Part shown: in pieces, positions 47,834 through 60,400 of the stretch
How the letters are laid out: every line of letters begins with the position of its first letter
Numbering within the stretch: position 1 is the first letter of the stretch
Made by a program: the position numbers and the translations under genes
The notes under the pieces: generated by a model
The model's database searches: none
What the model was told of the DNA's origin: nothing
The model's input: only the letters and a program-made list of their open reading frames with translations
DNA from: Vicugna vicugna
Taxonomy: Eukaryota
Reading direction: 5' to 3'
Assembly (NCBI GenBank): GCA_013265495.1
Contig: MU058384.1
Location: 3,199,010 to 3,263,009, forward strand
DNA length: 64,000 bases

Positions 47834-50473
47834 ACTCCATTGTAGCATTTTGGGGGTTATAAAACTAGGTTCTTTCTCACTCATGCCACATCCTTTCTAT
47901 GTCCTCTGTCCTCATCTCCTACCAATAAGAAAAGGCTTTAAAGCTAGACCTCAAGGACCCCAAAAGTCTCTCTTCTGTTGTCCCCTCTTCCTTGTCTGAT
48001 GGCCTAATTAGGCAATGCCTTTCTGCTCTGAGTATTGTGTGTTTCCTTCAGGGACTCCCAGTGACCTGTTAGAGTGAACTGGAGATGTGAGCTGAGGAGA
48101 TAAATCCCTATGATCCAGTGCAAGAGTAGATGTCTAATACTTAGACAAGAAAACACGTCCTTGGGTGTCCCTGAAGACAGTCAATTGGTAGCACTTTGTC
48201 AGTTATCCTGAAAGTATTGCCCAAGTCCTATGTCATACAGAGCAACCATTCAAATATGGCTGTCAAGTAATCAGGAAATTCAAAAATATAGTGCTGGTTC
48301 TCACATAATATTTGTAATACATAATTGGTTCCATTTATTTTCCAATAACTTAGAGCTATAAAGAAGTTACAGACATTTTCAACCAATACTTCTGGTCTGT
48401 AAGTGTTTGCATCCAAGATTATTTAAAGATAATAAGGACTTATTAATATGGGCCTCAGAAAATTAGAGCTTGTGATTGTTTGAAATCATGCATGGGATAA
48501 AGTTTAACCTGATACTTTCTTTCAAAGGAAAGTTTACCACAATCATTAACAGTGTAAGCAAAACTCAAGGGAGCATTTTCCAGTTGATGATGAAAGTAAA
48601 TTATTTTCTAATAACCTTAGCAGAAATGTTCACTGATGTACAATTGATGTGGTACAACCAGTGTTTATCTTTTGCTAACTCGTTATCCTCTAGTCAATAA
48701 AACTAGAAAAGATTCTACTTCTTTTTTTAACTGGGTATCCTTGAAAATAATAAAGGTTCATTTCTTTAAAAGGGTTTTATAATCCAGACTCTCCCTTAGT
48801 TTAGCCAGAACTTTGCAGAAAATGAGCTCTTGGTGGTGAGGCTTGCTGTTACATAAGCAGGTTTCTGGTCTGAATATATCAGTGTCTGTGCAAGTCACAT
48901 CCCATTATTCACATCATCCAGTTAGCTGGCTCATCCCGAGATGCTTCCACCATCAGGCCTCCTAGGTTCAACAGAAAGCACAATCCCAGGTAACTAACTC
49001 ATCCTCTCCCCTCTCAGGCCCCAAGGTGGCTTTTAAGTTGAAAAATTCTTTCTTTACGTTTTTTGTTCTTTTTAGTCTGCAAGTGTCCTGAATTTTATTT
49101 CTAAAGACACACCTGCCCTGAAATCCTTGCCAAAATGATGATGAAATATGAAAATATGAAATGAAGGAAGGAAAGCAATCTCATCTGAGAGAGGGGTGGG
49201 GTGGGAGGGATTAAGGATAAGGAGAGAATTGAGAAGAGGGGAGGGTAGTGGAGAAGGAAGTGAAGGATTGAGGATTGGAGGGAGGGAGGCAACATACATC
49301 AGAGGTGGAGAGAATTCAGCTCAGATGGGGAGATGATGAGGTAGTGAATACACATGCACAAAGCAGGGTGGGTTGGGCTGGGAAGAGAGAGGAAGGAGAA
49401 AAGAAAAGGAGGAATGTATCAATACACTCCCATCAACCTCTGACAGGCCTGGGTCCACCTTTGTTACGTTCCTGAAAGCTGCTTGCTTTTTTCATCAGTG
49501 TCATTAACAGTTGTATGGCTTCCCTTGGTCTTTATTCCTATGGTTCAAAAGTCAGAAAAGAAAATTATTTTCACAGTAGCAACTCATTAAATGCCTCCAT
49601 ATTTGTAGCTGAATCCCGGCTGGATGTGAACGCATTGTTTTTACACCTCTGAATGCCTACTTGGAGGCTTTGTCAGCCAGGGCGTCTAGGCTGGGAGCCC
49701 TTCTGTCATGCATATGGTTAAGTGGGTGGGGTGGGGCTGTGTCAGAGTCATCCATCATCCTCCATCAATGCCACCACCACCTGCGGGGACCTAGCCAATG
49801 GTCAGTCAGTCACTCAGGCCTGACAGCTGGCCATCAGTCCCTGGTGGGGGCTATGCTCTGGGCTTCAAAGGTATTAGCTACTGGCTCTTTTCTGCTAAGA
49901 CTAGTAGGTTCTAGGAAGATTCCCATTTTCAAAAATACTAAAGATATTGGTGATTTTGCTCACTGCACCACAGCTGGTCAGGGTCAGGCCAAATGAAGGT
50001 GCTATTTGCTCTGTATTTACTTAAAATTATGGTGGATCAACTTTTAAAATCCAGCACTGGACAGTTCAGGCAAACATAGCAGGGACTTTCACGCATGGCA
50101 AAGACATACATTGTTTTGTTTTTCTTTAAGCATGTTTATTGATACTTCCACATCAAGCAATTCCAGGCTAAATCACGGCAACCAGCTGCCTAACTAGATA
50201 AAATGAGTTAAGCTGCCTCTTTGTCATACACTCCCTCCCGGAACACTTAAAAAATAATGCCTCCTTTTTAAAATGAGAAATACCAATCATACATCAGTAT
50301 AAAATAAAGTTTACAATCTTAGGTATTTAGTGCCATGGCTTTTCACGTATGTAGAAGTGACTAGAAGCATCCCCAGATCACAGTACAGATTATATGCTGC
50401 TTTTCCAATCACGTATCTCATAATAGTCTGTATTACAGTCACTTGTGAGTATTTTATCTCCTTTATTAGGCAG

Positions 50474-51330
50474 TGTGACATTGTGATTTCTAGGAGAAAT
50501 ACATATTTGGTCACTCAGTTGACCAAGTATGTTTCTCATATGTAGTTGGCCTTTACCCACAGTTTCTGGGCCATAGATCCCAAAACCCTTGGGATTTTCC
50601 TGAGCGATAAGAGCAAAATTTGTGGTCTCACATCCTCAGTTTCTGAAAACAGTTTAGGGAAGGTGACTTTTGAGTGGGAGCTGGTTGCCACAAGAACCAA
50701 CCATGCTGGAACCTTCAGACTTACCCCCTGATTTCTGGGAAAAGGAGAGGGGCTGGAGGTTGAACCAACTGCCAATGGCCAATGATTTAGTCGATCATGA
50801 CTATGACATGAAGCTTCCATAAAAGCCTGAAAGGACAGTTTTTTGCCCTTTTTTGGAGAGTTTCCACACCAGGGAACCAGAAGGCTTCTGCAGGCCACCA
50901 TACTGGGCCCCAGGCTCCACAAAGACGGGAGCTCTTTTGCTGGGGATCTTGCCCTATGTATCTCCTCATCTGGCTGTGTTTTTAATGTCCTTTGACAATA
51001 AATTGGTAATCTATTGAGTAAATGGGTTTTCCTGAGTTCTATGAGCCATTCTAGCAGATTAATTAAGCCCAAGAAGGGGACTGTGGGAACCTCTGATTTG
51101 CAGCCTGTGGGTCAAAAGCACAGGTAACATCCTGAGCTTAAGGCAGACATCTGAAGTGGAGGGAGTGCTGGTCTTGAGGAACTGAGCCCTTTACCTGTGG
51201 AGTCTGATTCTATCTTCAGGTAGATATTGTCGGAATTGAGATGAATTCTCAGACACCTTGCGGCTTCCAAGAATTGATTGTTGGTGTGAGGAAGCCCAAT
51301 TCAAACACAGGTTGGAATTGGGTCCAGGAG
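50474..51330. mobile_element. MER21-like LTR
   Basis: TGTGACATTGTGATTT..; AAAACCCTTGGGATTTTCCTGAG.GATA; GGAGAGGGGCTGGAGGTTGA..CCAATGGCCAATGATTTA; CTTGCCCTATGTATCTCCTCATCTGGCTG; TTCCTGAGTTCTATGAGCCATTCTAGCA; ACTGAGCCCTTTACCTGTGG. Confidence 0.8.
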
Positions 51331-52954
51331 CCCTCTTCAGATAGCAAACACTTAAACAGGATCTTAGTCTTTCTCATAGAAGGGAAAGCAAAAAGCAGGA
51401 CATTGCATATTTATTTTAAGTTACTATATGAACACTTCAGACAAGGCATATGGAAATTGAGTTCTAGTACGGAGACTTAATACTAAAGTTAAAATCATTG
51501 TGAGTATCAGGGTGAACCATGATCATGGTACCCATGAGGGGTGCTCAGCTGACTGCCAATGTCATTATCAATTGATATTTAGGAAAGATCTACATTTCTC
51601 TATCAGAATGGGTTCTGTAGGCCTCTGCTTTTATGTTTTTTCTGCCTTGGTCTTAACTGAGCTCCATAAATCTATAGTTTTGACTGTCATATACCTCATG
51701 AAGAAACTGGCCTACCCTATTTTTTAATTCAGTCCTGAAAGATTTTGAAACGCATACAGTAGCCTTTACCCCAGAGTCCATGGGAGTCTGAATTAAGTTA
51801 TACTCACTAGACCCAATATAATTGGTCGGCCCAGCTCTGAGACTCCAGCACCAACCAGGCAATCCAGTTTTGTAGAGATAAGGCTTAGGGCCTAATTGTC
51901 CTCAAGTTGCATCACTTTCAATTCCTGAGTTGTTCCAACACTCACACTTGGGCTTCTCTCTGCTGGCCCCACTGTGGCCTGCCCAGTCTCCCTGGAGGTC
52001 TGAGCATCCTGTGACCTTGAACCCCGACATGCCTGAGGGAGGTCCAGTTCTTGCCTTCATCTTTCCTATGTCAGCATCCTGCCTTCTCATTGAAGCCGGC
52101 TTGCATCCTGGCAGAACTGCCAGAGTGACTTGGCTTGGGACTGTATCCTCCATCTTGGTTTTGCTCTGCTCTGCTCTGCTGGGCTGGGCAACTGGACCAC
52201 CTGGTAAGGACTAGATCATGTTAAGCAACTTCACCTTGACATGCCCAGTTATTCTTCCCAGGACCAATCTCTGATCTGTCTCATGCCTAGTAAACATATT
52301 TCCACTTGTTCCTTGGCCTTGGGATTGCCAAAGCCCCAGCCTGCCTTGAGTCCAAGCACACCAAAGTCTTGAAACACTCACACACACTTTAGTGATTTAA
52401 TTATGGAACCCAGGCTGAAGAAATAAAACCTCAGAAGGCATTGTGCCAAGACCCTTGTCTTCAAGATGCACTGTCCTTAAATGATCTTAGATGAGAGATA
52501 TTAATTGTTTGGAACACAATAAAAATTTCAAGATTCATATAAAGAACCAGATATTCTCATAAAATGAGAGAATATATGAATGCAAGGAAACATTATTTTT
52601 GTGGTTAATCTGAGTGATGTGTAATATTTTGAACATGTAATAGCTTTAACCAAACTTTCCTCTAGCCTTTTGGATTTCTGATTTTGTGGTCACTTTGATT
52701 TTATTCCAATCACCATACAGAGAGAATCAAGTGGATTGAAATAAGAAATCACTCAGGAAATCTTAGAATTGAAAGTATAACCAGGCCTTGAATTTACAAT
52801 AGTAAGCAGGGCCTTCAGGGTCTGCTCCAGCCCCTTCAGGGATGGGCAGTTCACTACCTCACAAATTCTAATAGCAAAAAGATTTAATTTCAAGTAATTA
52901 TTTTCTTACTACTAATTAAAATTAACTCTGTTGTCTTCTTCATCTGTTAATAAA

Positions 52955-53245
52955 GAATAACAAATGTATTGAGTGCTGATAGTCTAAGCATTCTGCTAGA
53001 TTAGAATTTATGATAAAATTAGACATGATCTCCTACCTTAAATTGCTCAGAGACATTAGGTCTTATATGAATAATTGCAATGCATGATAAAATCATGTGA
53101 AGTATTCCAAAAACATTAAGAAAAGCAACTAACTCTGGCTAAGGAAGGTAGGGATAGTGGAGAGGCAGGGAAGTTTTCACAGAAGGTGAGAATGAAGAGT
53201 GAATAGGACTTTTGCAGATGGAGAATAGTGTTCAGAACAAACTGG
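52955..53245 (-). mobile_element. L2 fragment
   Basis: AACAAATGTATTGAGTGC..AGCATTCTGCTAG; CAGGGAAGTTTTCACAGAAG; GATGGAGAATAG. Confidence 0.5.
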
Positions 53246-53929
53246 TCCAAAGGAAAATCATTCCAACATATTTTAGAATTCTTTATACTGACAATCACAG
53301 ACCACGTAACTCAAGTTGTCTTGAATCAAAAGATGGGTAGGACTGTCTTTAAGTATAGTTTGATCTAGGGCTCAGCCAATGTTATCAGGATTTTGGCTCC
53401 ATTTTTCTATGACTCTCTCAGGTCTACATTCTTTCATCTTCAAGTTGGGCCTGCTTATGGAATCAAAATGACAATCACAGTTCCAGACCTCATATCTGCA
53501 CCCACCACCGACCAGGAGAAATGTGACAAAAGTCTTAGGATTCATTTTTTTTCATTAGACTTGCTTGGGTTATACACTCTTCTCTGAATTTATTATTTAA
53601 TTGGTGGAAAGGAGATATGACTTCAGCCAATCTGGAACTATCCTTAAAACTGGAAGGAGGCCAATCCTATTCTAATCACATGGCTAAGAACGAGGGAGAG
53701 TTAAGTTCCTCGAAAGGATGTCAAACTATTGTTGGCAGGAAAAGACGGATGGACGATGGGGAGGTAGTTAACAATATTCCTTGTAAAAGGGCTGGAAAAT
53801 GTTTTTAGGTGTGATTTTACCATATGATTGGAAGATTTATAATTTGTAATTGGATAGTAGGGAGCATGAGAAGTGTAACCTCTGACGATCATGAAAGGGA
53901 GGCAGGATCCCCACTGAAAAGGGTAATGC

Positions 53930-54375
53930 TGGATTAGTTAAGGTAAACACCAAACTGCTGAAACAAAGAGCCCCCAAACCGTCGTGGTTCAAAGAAGACA
54001 GAAATTATTTCTGATTCCAGTAGCAGCCCTGAGGAAAATGATGGCATTTCTCCCTGTGGTTGTTCAGAGATTGAGTGCTTTTCTTTTTTGTTGTTTTGCG
54101 TTCCCTGGGGCACTGACCTCACGTGCACGGTTGAAGCTGGGTCACGGCCATATCCATGTTTCAGCTCACGGAGTAGAAAAAGAGAAGGGCCAGGGCAGCA
54201 ATTTCTTTTTCGGTAAGTGTACATGTCATCACTTCAGCTCACTACATTGGTACAAATGGAGTCCGATGACCACACACCCACAAGGGAGGCTAGGAAATGT
54301 GGACTCTAGTTCAGGTGGGGCGTGTATATCCAGGAAGAAGGAGAAAATGGATTTGAGAAGCAAAGAGCAGTTTGC
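53930..54375 (-). mobile_element. MLT1-type LTR (old)
   Basis: ACAGAAATTATTTCT; CATCACTTCAGCTCACTACATTGG; ACAAGGGAGGCTAGGAAATGTGG. Confidence 0.55.
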
Positions 54376-55873
54376 CACAGACGCTAAAAAATCTGGTGGA
54401 ATTATTGGGTAAAGAAAGGAATAGCAGGAAATGATCAGATTCAGGTTTAAAAACTTCCCCTTGGGTGTGAAAAGAGGCCTGCAGTAAGAGACTCACCAGC
54501 TAAGAAGCTGCTGCAATCACGCGAGTAGGAAATGCTGAAGGTCTGAACTAAGGGTTCCTCAGAAATAAAATGAAAAGAATTAAACTGCATGACCTCGAAG
54601 ACCTTTTTTCACTCTTTGAATCCATCGTCTCTGTTATGAATAGCTTACTCACTGCCTGGGTCCCAGTGCATTTTTAAAAAATGAGTCTACCCGCACACAC
54701 ACACTCAGTGGATGTGAATAAAACACCAAATGCTGCCAGGATCATGGATAAAGCCACTCCTGTCACACGACAGGGTAGGGAGCATCCAGTCTCTGCTATT
54801 TCCTACACGCTACAGAATTGCAGCGCAGTGTTGTCAGAGTGGGAAATGCCGGAGCTCAGCCACTTACGAACTGCGCAGCCCTGGGCAGGATCTTGGTCTC
54901 TCCAAGCTGCAGTTTCTTACTATAGAAACAGGGAAGTAACACTGTCTGAAAGTGTCATGCGAACTAATGAAGCAACCTGTGTGGAAGTCAGGTGCTCAGT
55001 AAGGGACAGTGACATGCACCCCTTTCCATCCAACACATTTGTTTGTCCTTAACATCTCCAGGCTGATTTCAGAGGCAGAGAGGATAGATTTTTTTTTTTT
55101 AACTTGGATATTCTGCTCTCCAAGCTGGCCCTCTGGCCTGATGCAGGCTCTTGACCCTCAGGGTGCCTGGTGACCGAAGAGCCACAAGCTCCTTGCAGCT
55201 GGTAGAGGTAGCACATTAGAAATTCATTTTTTCCTGTCATAATAACAAAGTGCAGAGCGGCAGGCTGGCCATAGTTTCATGTGGGAAAACCCACAGAGAG
55301 GGACAGCTGAGGGAAGCTGTGCTTTTCTCTGATATTTCCTGTCAGGAAGAAGCATCGTCAAAAGGAAGAAAAAAAAAAAACTGAAAGAGAAAAAGAAAAA
55401 AGTCCCTGTGGAATTTGGACGTCTCATTTCTAGGGGCAAAATGGCTCTGCCCCCACAGCCCCTGAGCCCGCTTTCTGCTGAATGGCAGTGCGGATTCCTA
55501 GTCCAGGTTCGTGGAAAACGGGTAACTCGGCCACCTTTCTCTTCGATGGGCTTGTTTCAGCCCTAGGACACCAGCTCCTCAGATGACTAGGGATGCTGTT
55601 TTCTTGATTTGCCCTTGGAAAAATTTCCTCAGAAATCATATGCCTGCTTTCATTTCTTAAATCCTATTGTGGGGCTTCAGGGAAAATTAAAAGAACTAGG
55701 TGTTTTTGTTCTTTTTTTCCAGAACAAATTAATGGACAGAAGTGGGTGTGGGGACTCGCTGGCAACTTTGTCCGAACACTTCCAGATACAGTGAAATGCT
55801 TGCAGGGAATGAAGTCTGGGTCTTCACAGAGCAGGATGAAATCCAGAGCCTGTGAACATAGCCAGTTGGGTGG

Positions 55874-56354
55874 TGATGGGGGCTCAGGACATGGTACCCC
55901 CAAAATGGCGCCTTTCAGCTACTTTGAGCTGAAAGAGTTTGAGAAAACGGCAGAAGCCAGAGGTCCTTCTGACCTTCCCCCTGAAGCAGATGGTAAAACC
56001 CTCGTGGGAGAGGTGTCCTCTCTGTATCCAGAGGAGAGGAGCATTTGTATCTCCAAAGACAAGTGTCCTCACAAACAGGCCTTGCTAAGCTTCCCCTCAG
56101 TTCGCTACACTGACTTCATACTCCTTAACCTATCACATCACTCCACGGCCGTCCGCCCTTCACCAAACCCAGCTCGGAAATACACAAGTCTGTTTTTCTG
56201 GGTCTCCATCTCCTGAGGACGGCTCGTGTGTCACACAGAACTTCTATTAAATAAATGTGTGTGCTTTTCTCTGTCCATCTGTCTCTGTCAGTTTAATTTT
56301 CAGACCCAACCAGAACCCCTAAGAGGGCTGAGGAAAACTTTTTCTTCCCTGACA
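55874..56354 (+). mobile_element. ERV1-class solo LTR (MER34/MER39-like), TG...CA termini, 4-bp TSD GTGG
   Basis: Starts TGATGGGGGCTCAGGACA, contains ATTAAATAAA, ends CTTCCCTGACA. GTGG at 55870-55873 and 56355-56358. Confidence 0.85.
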
Positions 56355-57284
56355 GTGGCTTCCTCCCCAGTCAGCCATGTTTTGTGTAAAACTATACAAT
56401 ATGCTGTGGGAAGAAATGATTATAAAACTATACGTAAGACCCAGGTTAACAAGTAAAGCAGCATTCAAATGCCTTTTGACCCAAAGGCAATTTGAAGAGG
56501 AAAAGGGCTCCAGGCCCCTTGGGAGAACTTTAAAGAGGAACAGGGTTGTCTTCGCCTTTGCAAGCACGGTGCCTGTGATTCTTTTAGGGGCCCACAAAAA
56601 TCGATTACATTTTTCCTAAAAGAAAACAAAAGGTTGACATATTAAAAGTTCTCTAATAATATGTTGGTATTATTTTGGTCGGGACCACAGAGGCAAAGTG
56701 CCCCGGGGCCATGGAAGTAATCATGTGGCCAACTTTAAACACAGAATATAAAAACGAAGGAAGATAAAATCAGTACACTTTAAAGTGGAATATTGTATTT
56801 AGTAATTTATAATCAACGAAATCTGATGACTTACGGAAAAACAGTTCCGGTTTGCACAGATTGATAAACTATCATTTTCAAATATTTTCATTTTCGACAC
56901 CAAATGTGAATATGAATCTAATTTGACTCTTCTTTTCTTAGCTTAGAATAAATCCACATGGAGTCTTCCTACCCCATCACATCATCCATCTTTTTCTCTG
57001 CTCCCAGCTCTCCCTACACCCCAGAATCCTTGATTTCTCTTCCAGGGGGGATGAACTCACTCCTCTGGGACAGTGGCTGGTGTTCAGTGCCGACCAGCAG
57101 GGGTTGCTAGAGAACAATTCAGGCCCCATGTCTCCACCAAGGAAGTGGACAAGCTGCAGGGTAAACCCTCTGAGAAGACTAAAGCCTGCGCTGGCAGTCA
57201 GGGCTTCGAGGCCCCATACAACACAGGAAGTCTAACAGCAGAGAAGTCAGCCACTCTGGGTTTAGATATTAAGAAACAAACATT

Positions 57285-57447
57285 GGGGCGGGGGTAGGGT
57301 ATAGCTCAGTGGTAGAGTGCATCCTTAACATGCACAAGGTCCTGGGTTCAATCCCCAGTACCTCCATTAAATAAATAAGTAAGTAAACCTAATTTCCTCT
57401 CTCCACCCCTGAAAAACAACAACAGAAATTAAAAAAAAAAAAAAGGA
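57285..57447 (+). mobile_element. tRNA-Ala-derived SINE (camelid-type), full length with TSD
   Basis: A box TAGCTCAGTGG (57302-57312), B box GGTTCAATCC (57345-57354), TAAACCTAATT tail, poly(A). TSD AAG(A/G)AACAAACAT at 57271-57283 and 57448-57460. Confidence 0.9.
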
Positions 57448-60400
57448 AAGGAACAAACATAAATGGTTGTGCTTGTTTTGGGAGGTTCTATGTCTTGGTG
57501 AGTCACACCTGGACGGGAGATCTTAGAGTCCCGGTAAGACTGGCTGCTCCTGTCGATCGATGACCTGGGAAAGTCTGGATGGGAACGGGCAGGAGTGTGA
57601 CTGACTGACTCTCCACTCTCCTAAGGGAGCCTGAAGCCCTTCTCCTGTTGAAATACTGAGTCCTCAGGCTGCTTGTAAGGGGGTGAAGTTTGTGTTTTCT
57701 TTGAGCCTGTTTTGAGGATGGCTAGATTTCATTTTGAACCCTAGTCTAGCCAAGAAAAGAACTGGCTGAAATATTCCTGGTAACCACGAACAAATGGAAA
57801 CTTCAGACAAGCGCTGCATTTTTCTCCCTGATGATTTCCTCAAATGCTGCAGGGGCCGCAGCTGCCTGGTAACCGTCCCAGCCAGCCATCCGCAGAACGG
57901 AGGCCACACTCAGTTAAACGGCCAGTTTCAGGATCTCAGTCTTGAAGGGCGTTTGCTGTCTTGCTGCTGCCTATTGTGTTAAAGAGCATTTTTCGGGGTG
58001 GGGGGAGGGGTTTTTTTTTGGCCCGATTGTAAATGTTTTGAATGTAAAAGACACCCAAATTCATTAAATGTGTGAAATGATGGGAAAAAAAAGTGTGAAA
58101 TTGTAACAGTCGGTTTGTGGTTGATTAATAGAAATCTCTTCTAACAATCCCCAGAACCTTCCGGGGGTCATTGGAACAGAGCAGCTGTAGAGACAGCAGG
58201 AGTGAGTTTGACACTGCCCAATGAGGGGTGTGCTGAGTTCCAAACAAGTGGGCAGAGTCCCATGCACTCTGCACTCTTGTCGGCCTCTCGGAGATGATTG
58301 GCTGCAAGGTCAAATTTATATGCAGATCAACCAGCAAGGTGCTGCTTTGCTCTGGGTCTTGGAGGCATTTGTTTTTAAGATACATTATGGTTTCATAAAG
58401 GATGAATGGCATGGAATGAACTGTCCACTGTGGCCTCACGTAACAGTGTGCTCAAGGCCAGGCTGACTTCTGATCTTGACCATCTGTGCCACAAGCTGAG
58501 ATTCATAATTTGGTGTGTGGCAGCGACTTTGGGGTGTCCTGAAAGGGGCTATTGAATGAGCATGAGACTTAGGCATGGACAGGAGTCTCCAGCTCCCTGT
58601 TCGCCACACCTCCTCTGATGCAGACAAGCCTTGGCAGGGCAAAGAAGGGAAAGTAAAACGTTGCCTTTCTTGCGGGCAGCACATTTTTCCATAATTTTTG
58701 GCCTCCACCCACCCTGAACCTGTAGGGTTTCTTTTTTCTCTCTCTCTCTCTGAAACCCTGCTGCAGGCTACCGTTCTGAAGTTAAAGGATTTTGCCTTCG
58801 AAGAGGTACAAAGGAAACATCAAAGTAAATGTCCTCACAGTGACATAAGGATAGAATAATGGTGACCTAGCAGCTAGAGACTTGGCCAAATGCTGAAAGT
58901 AATTCACGCCACTCACTAACAATGGGGGATGTGTGACAATGATATATACCAGGAGACAAGGACAACCACTTTGCAGGGCTTCGATGCCCCACAAACCCAA
59001 TTGTAGGCAGATCAATACTGTCATAAGACAATTATCAAAGACCATCAGCGCATCATATTTTCATACCATAAACAGCTCAAGGCGCCAGGGATGGCTTTCC
59101 TAGAGAAAGCGCATAGCATAAATTTGAAGGGTGTGAAATTGACATGATTAATAATTATAGTTATTAGCACATGTGCCAGCTGCTCATGTATGGTTTATCC
59201 CTTGATTTATGGTGCCATAAATGCCCATCTCTCCCTCTGATGCCGAATCAAGGGGGCACACAATCGTGGGCAGAATGAGTCTTTCTCATTGCCAGGAGTT
59301 GCATCACAAATAAAAGGAAAAAAGTGGGCTGAAAATCACCCTGGATCTGGAGACACCTCGGTGAGAGGGAAGCTGCCTTTTGTTTGCCTGGCTGCTTTAT
59401 CGGCTGCTGAAACCTGTCTGTTCAATGTTCTCAAAGCCTTTGAAGTTGGGACTGCAACTAACAAGGGGCTATAGTTTTGCAGCCCCCCTCACTCCTTCGA
59501 GCTGTTGCCGGGCTGCAGACAATCACTACACATATTATAGATGAAATCACTAGGGTCAACAGTGGAAAAGGCAAAAACTAATCTTTGGCATGATAAAAGT
59601 TAAAGCTTTTGTTGTCAAATTGCAATTTGAGATGGGTTTTTCTGGACTTTAATAAATGTTTTGATTGTTTCACTTGGTTAAAAACAAATCTGGACATTAA
59701 TGATATATCAAAATACATTTTAAAATCTGGTTCCTCCACAATCATTGTCTTTAGGAAAAGGAACAACTCTGGGAGTCAGTACAGACTCAAGTCTAAACAT
59801 ATAAATTTCTCCCACCACTCATCTCCTGAAGTATGAATGGATAATATCGATTGCTACTCATGACTTACATAATGTTAAATTACACGTTCAAGAAAAAAAA
59901 AAGAAGGATCGTAACAAACATGAGATCTGTTAGCTGTTTGAAGAGTAGCTTTTTTTACTTTTCATGTTAAAAACAAAAAGAAAACAGAAAATGCAGGAAG
60001 TATTTTTTCACATCATAATATTCAAGTACATTTAAGACATGCAGAAGGTACACAAATATGCTAAAAGGGAATGCTTTTATAAAAGGCAAAACTTAAAATC
60101 TGCTATCCAAATATGGAGATTACAGGACACATCAAACATTGCTAAAGATAAATGAAGATGTCCTTTATACATCTCCCCAGCAGTTCAACAAAGAGGCACC
60201 AAAAATCTTGAAGACTTTTCCTCTCTTGCCACTTACCTCATTTCCTGGCAGCCTGGCTAATTCAATGGGAGAGAGCTCTGAGTAACGGAGGCTGTCTGCC
60301 TTCCCATCAGACGTGGCTCAGGAATTCATTCACTGGCTCCCATTCCTGAACCCAGACCAGGATCTGAGGATCATTTATCTCCTACTAATAGATTAACATT

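Noticed and set aside
46774..56354. Two related same-orientation LTRs 8.6 kb apart that look like a full provirus
   Set aside because: Each LTR has its own distinct 4-bp TSD (GAAC versus GTGG), they are quite diverged from each other, and no gag/pol/env remnants lie between them. They are two independent solo LTRs.
57291..57366. Apparent tRNA-Ala gene
   Set aside because: The anticodon arm is degenerate, there is a SINE tail with poly(A) and a TSD, and a second diverged copy exists in the window. It is a SINE.
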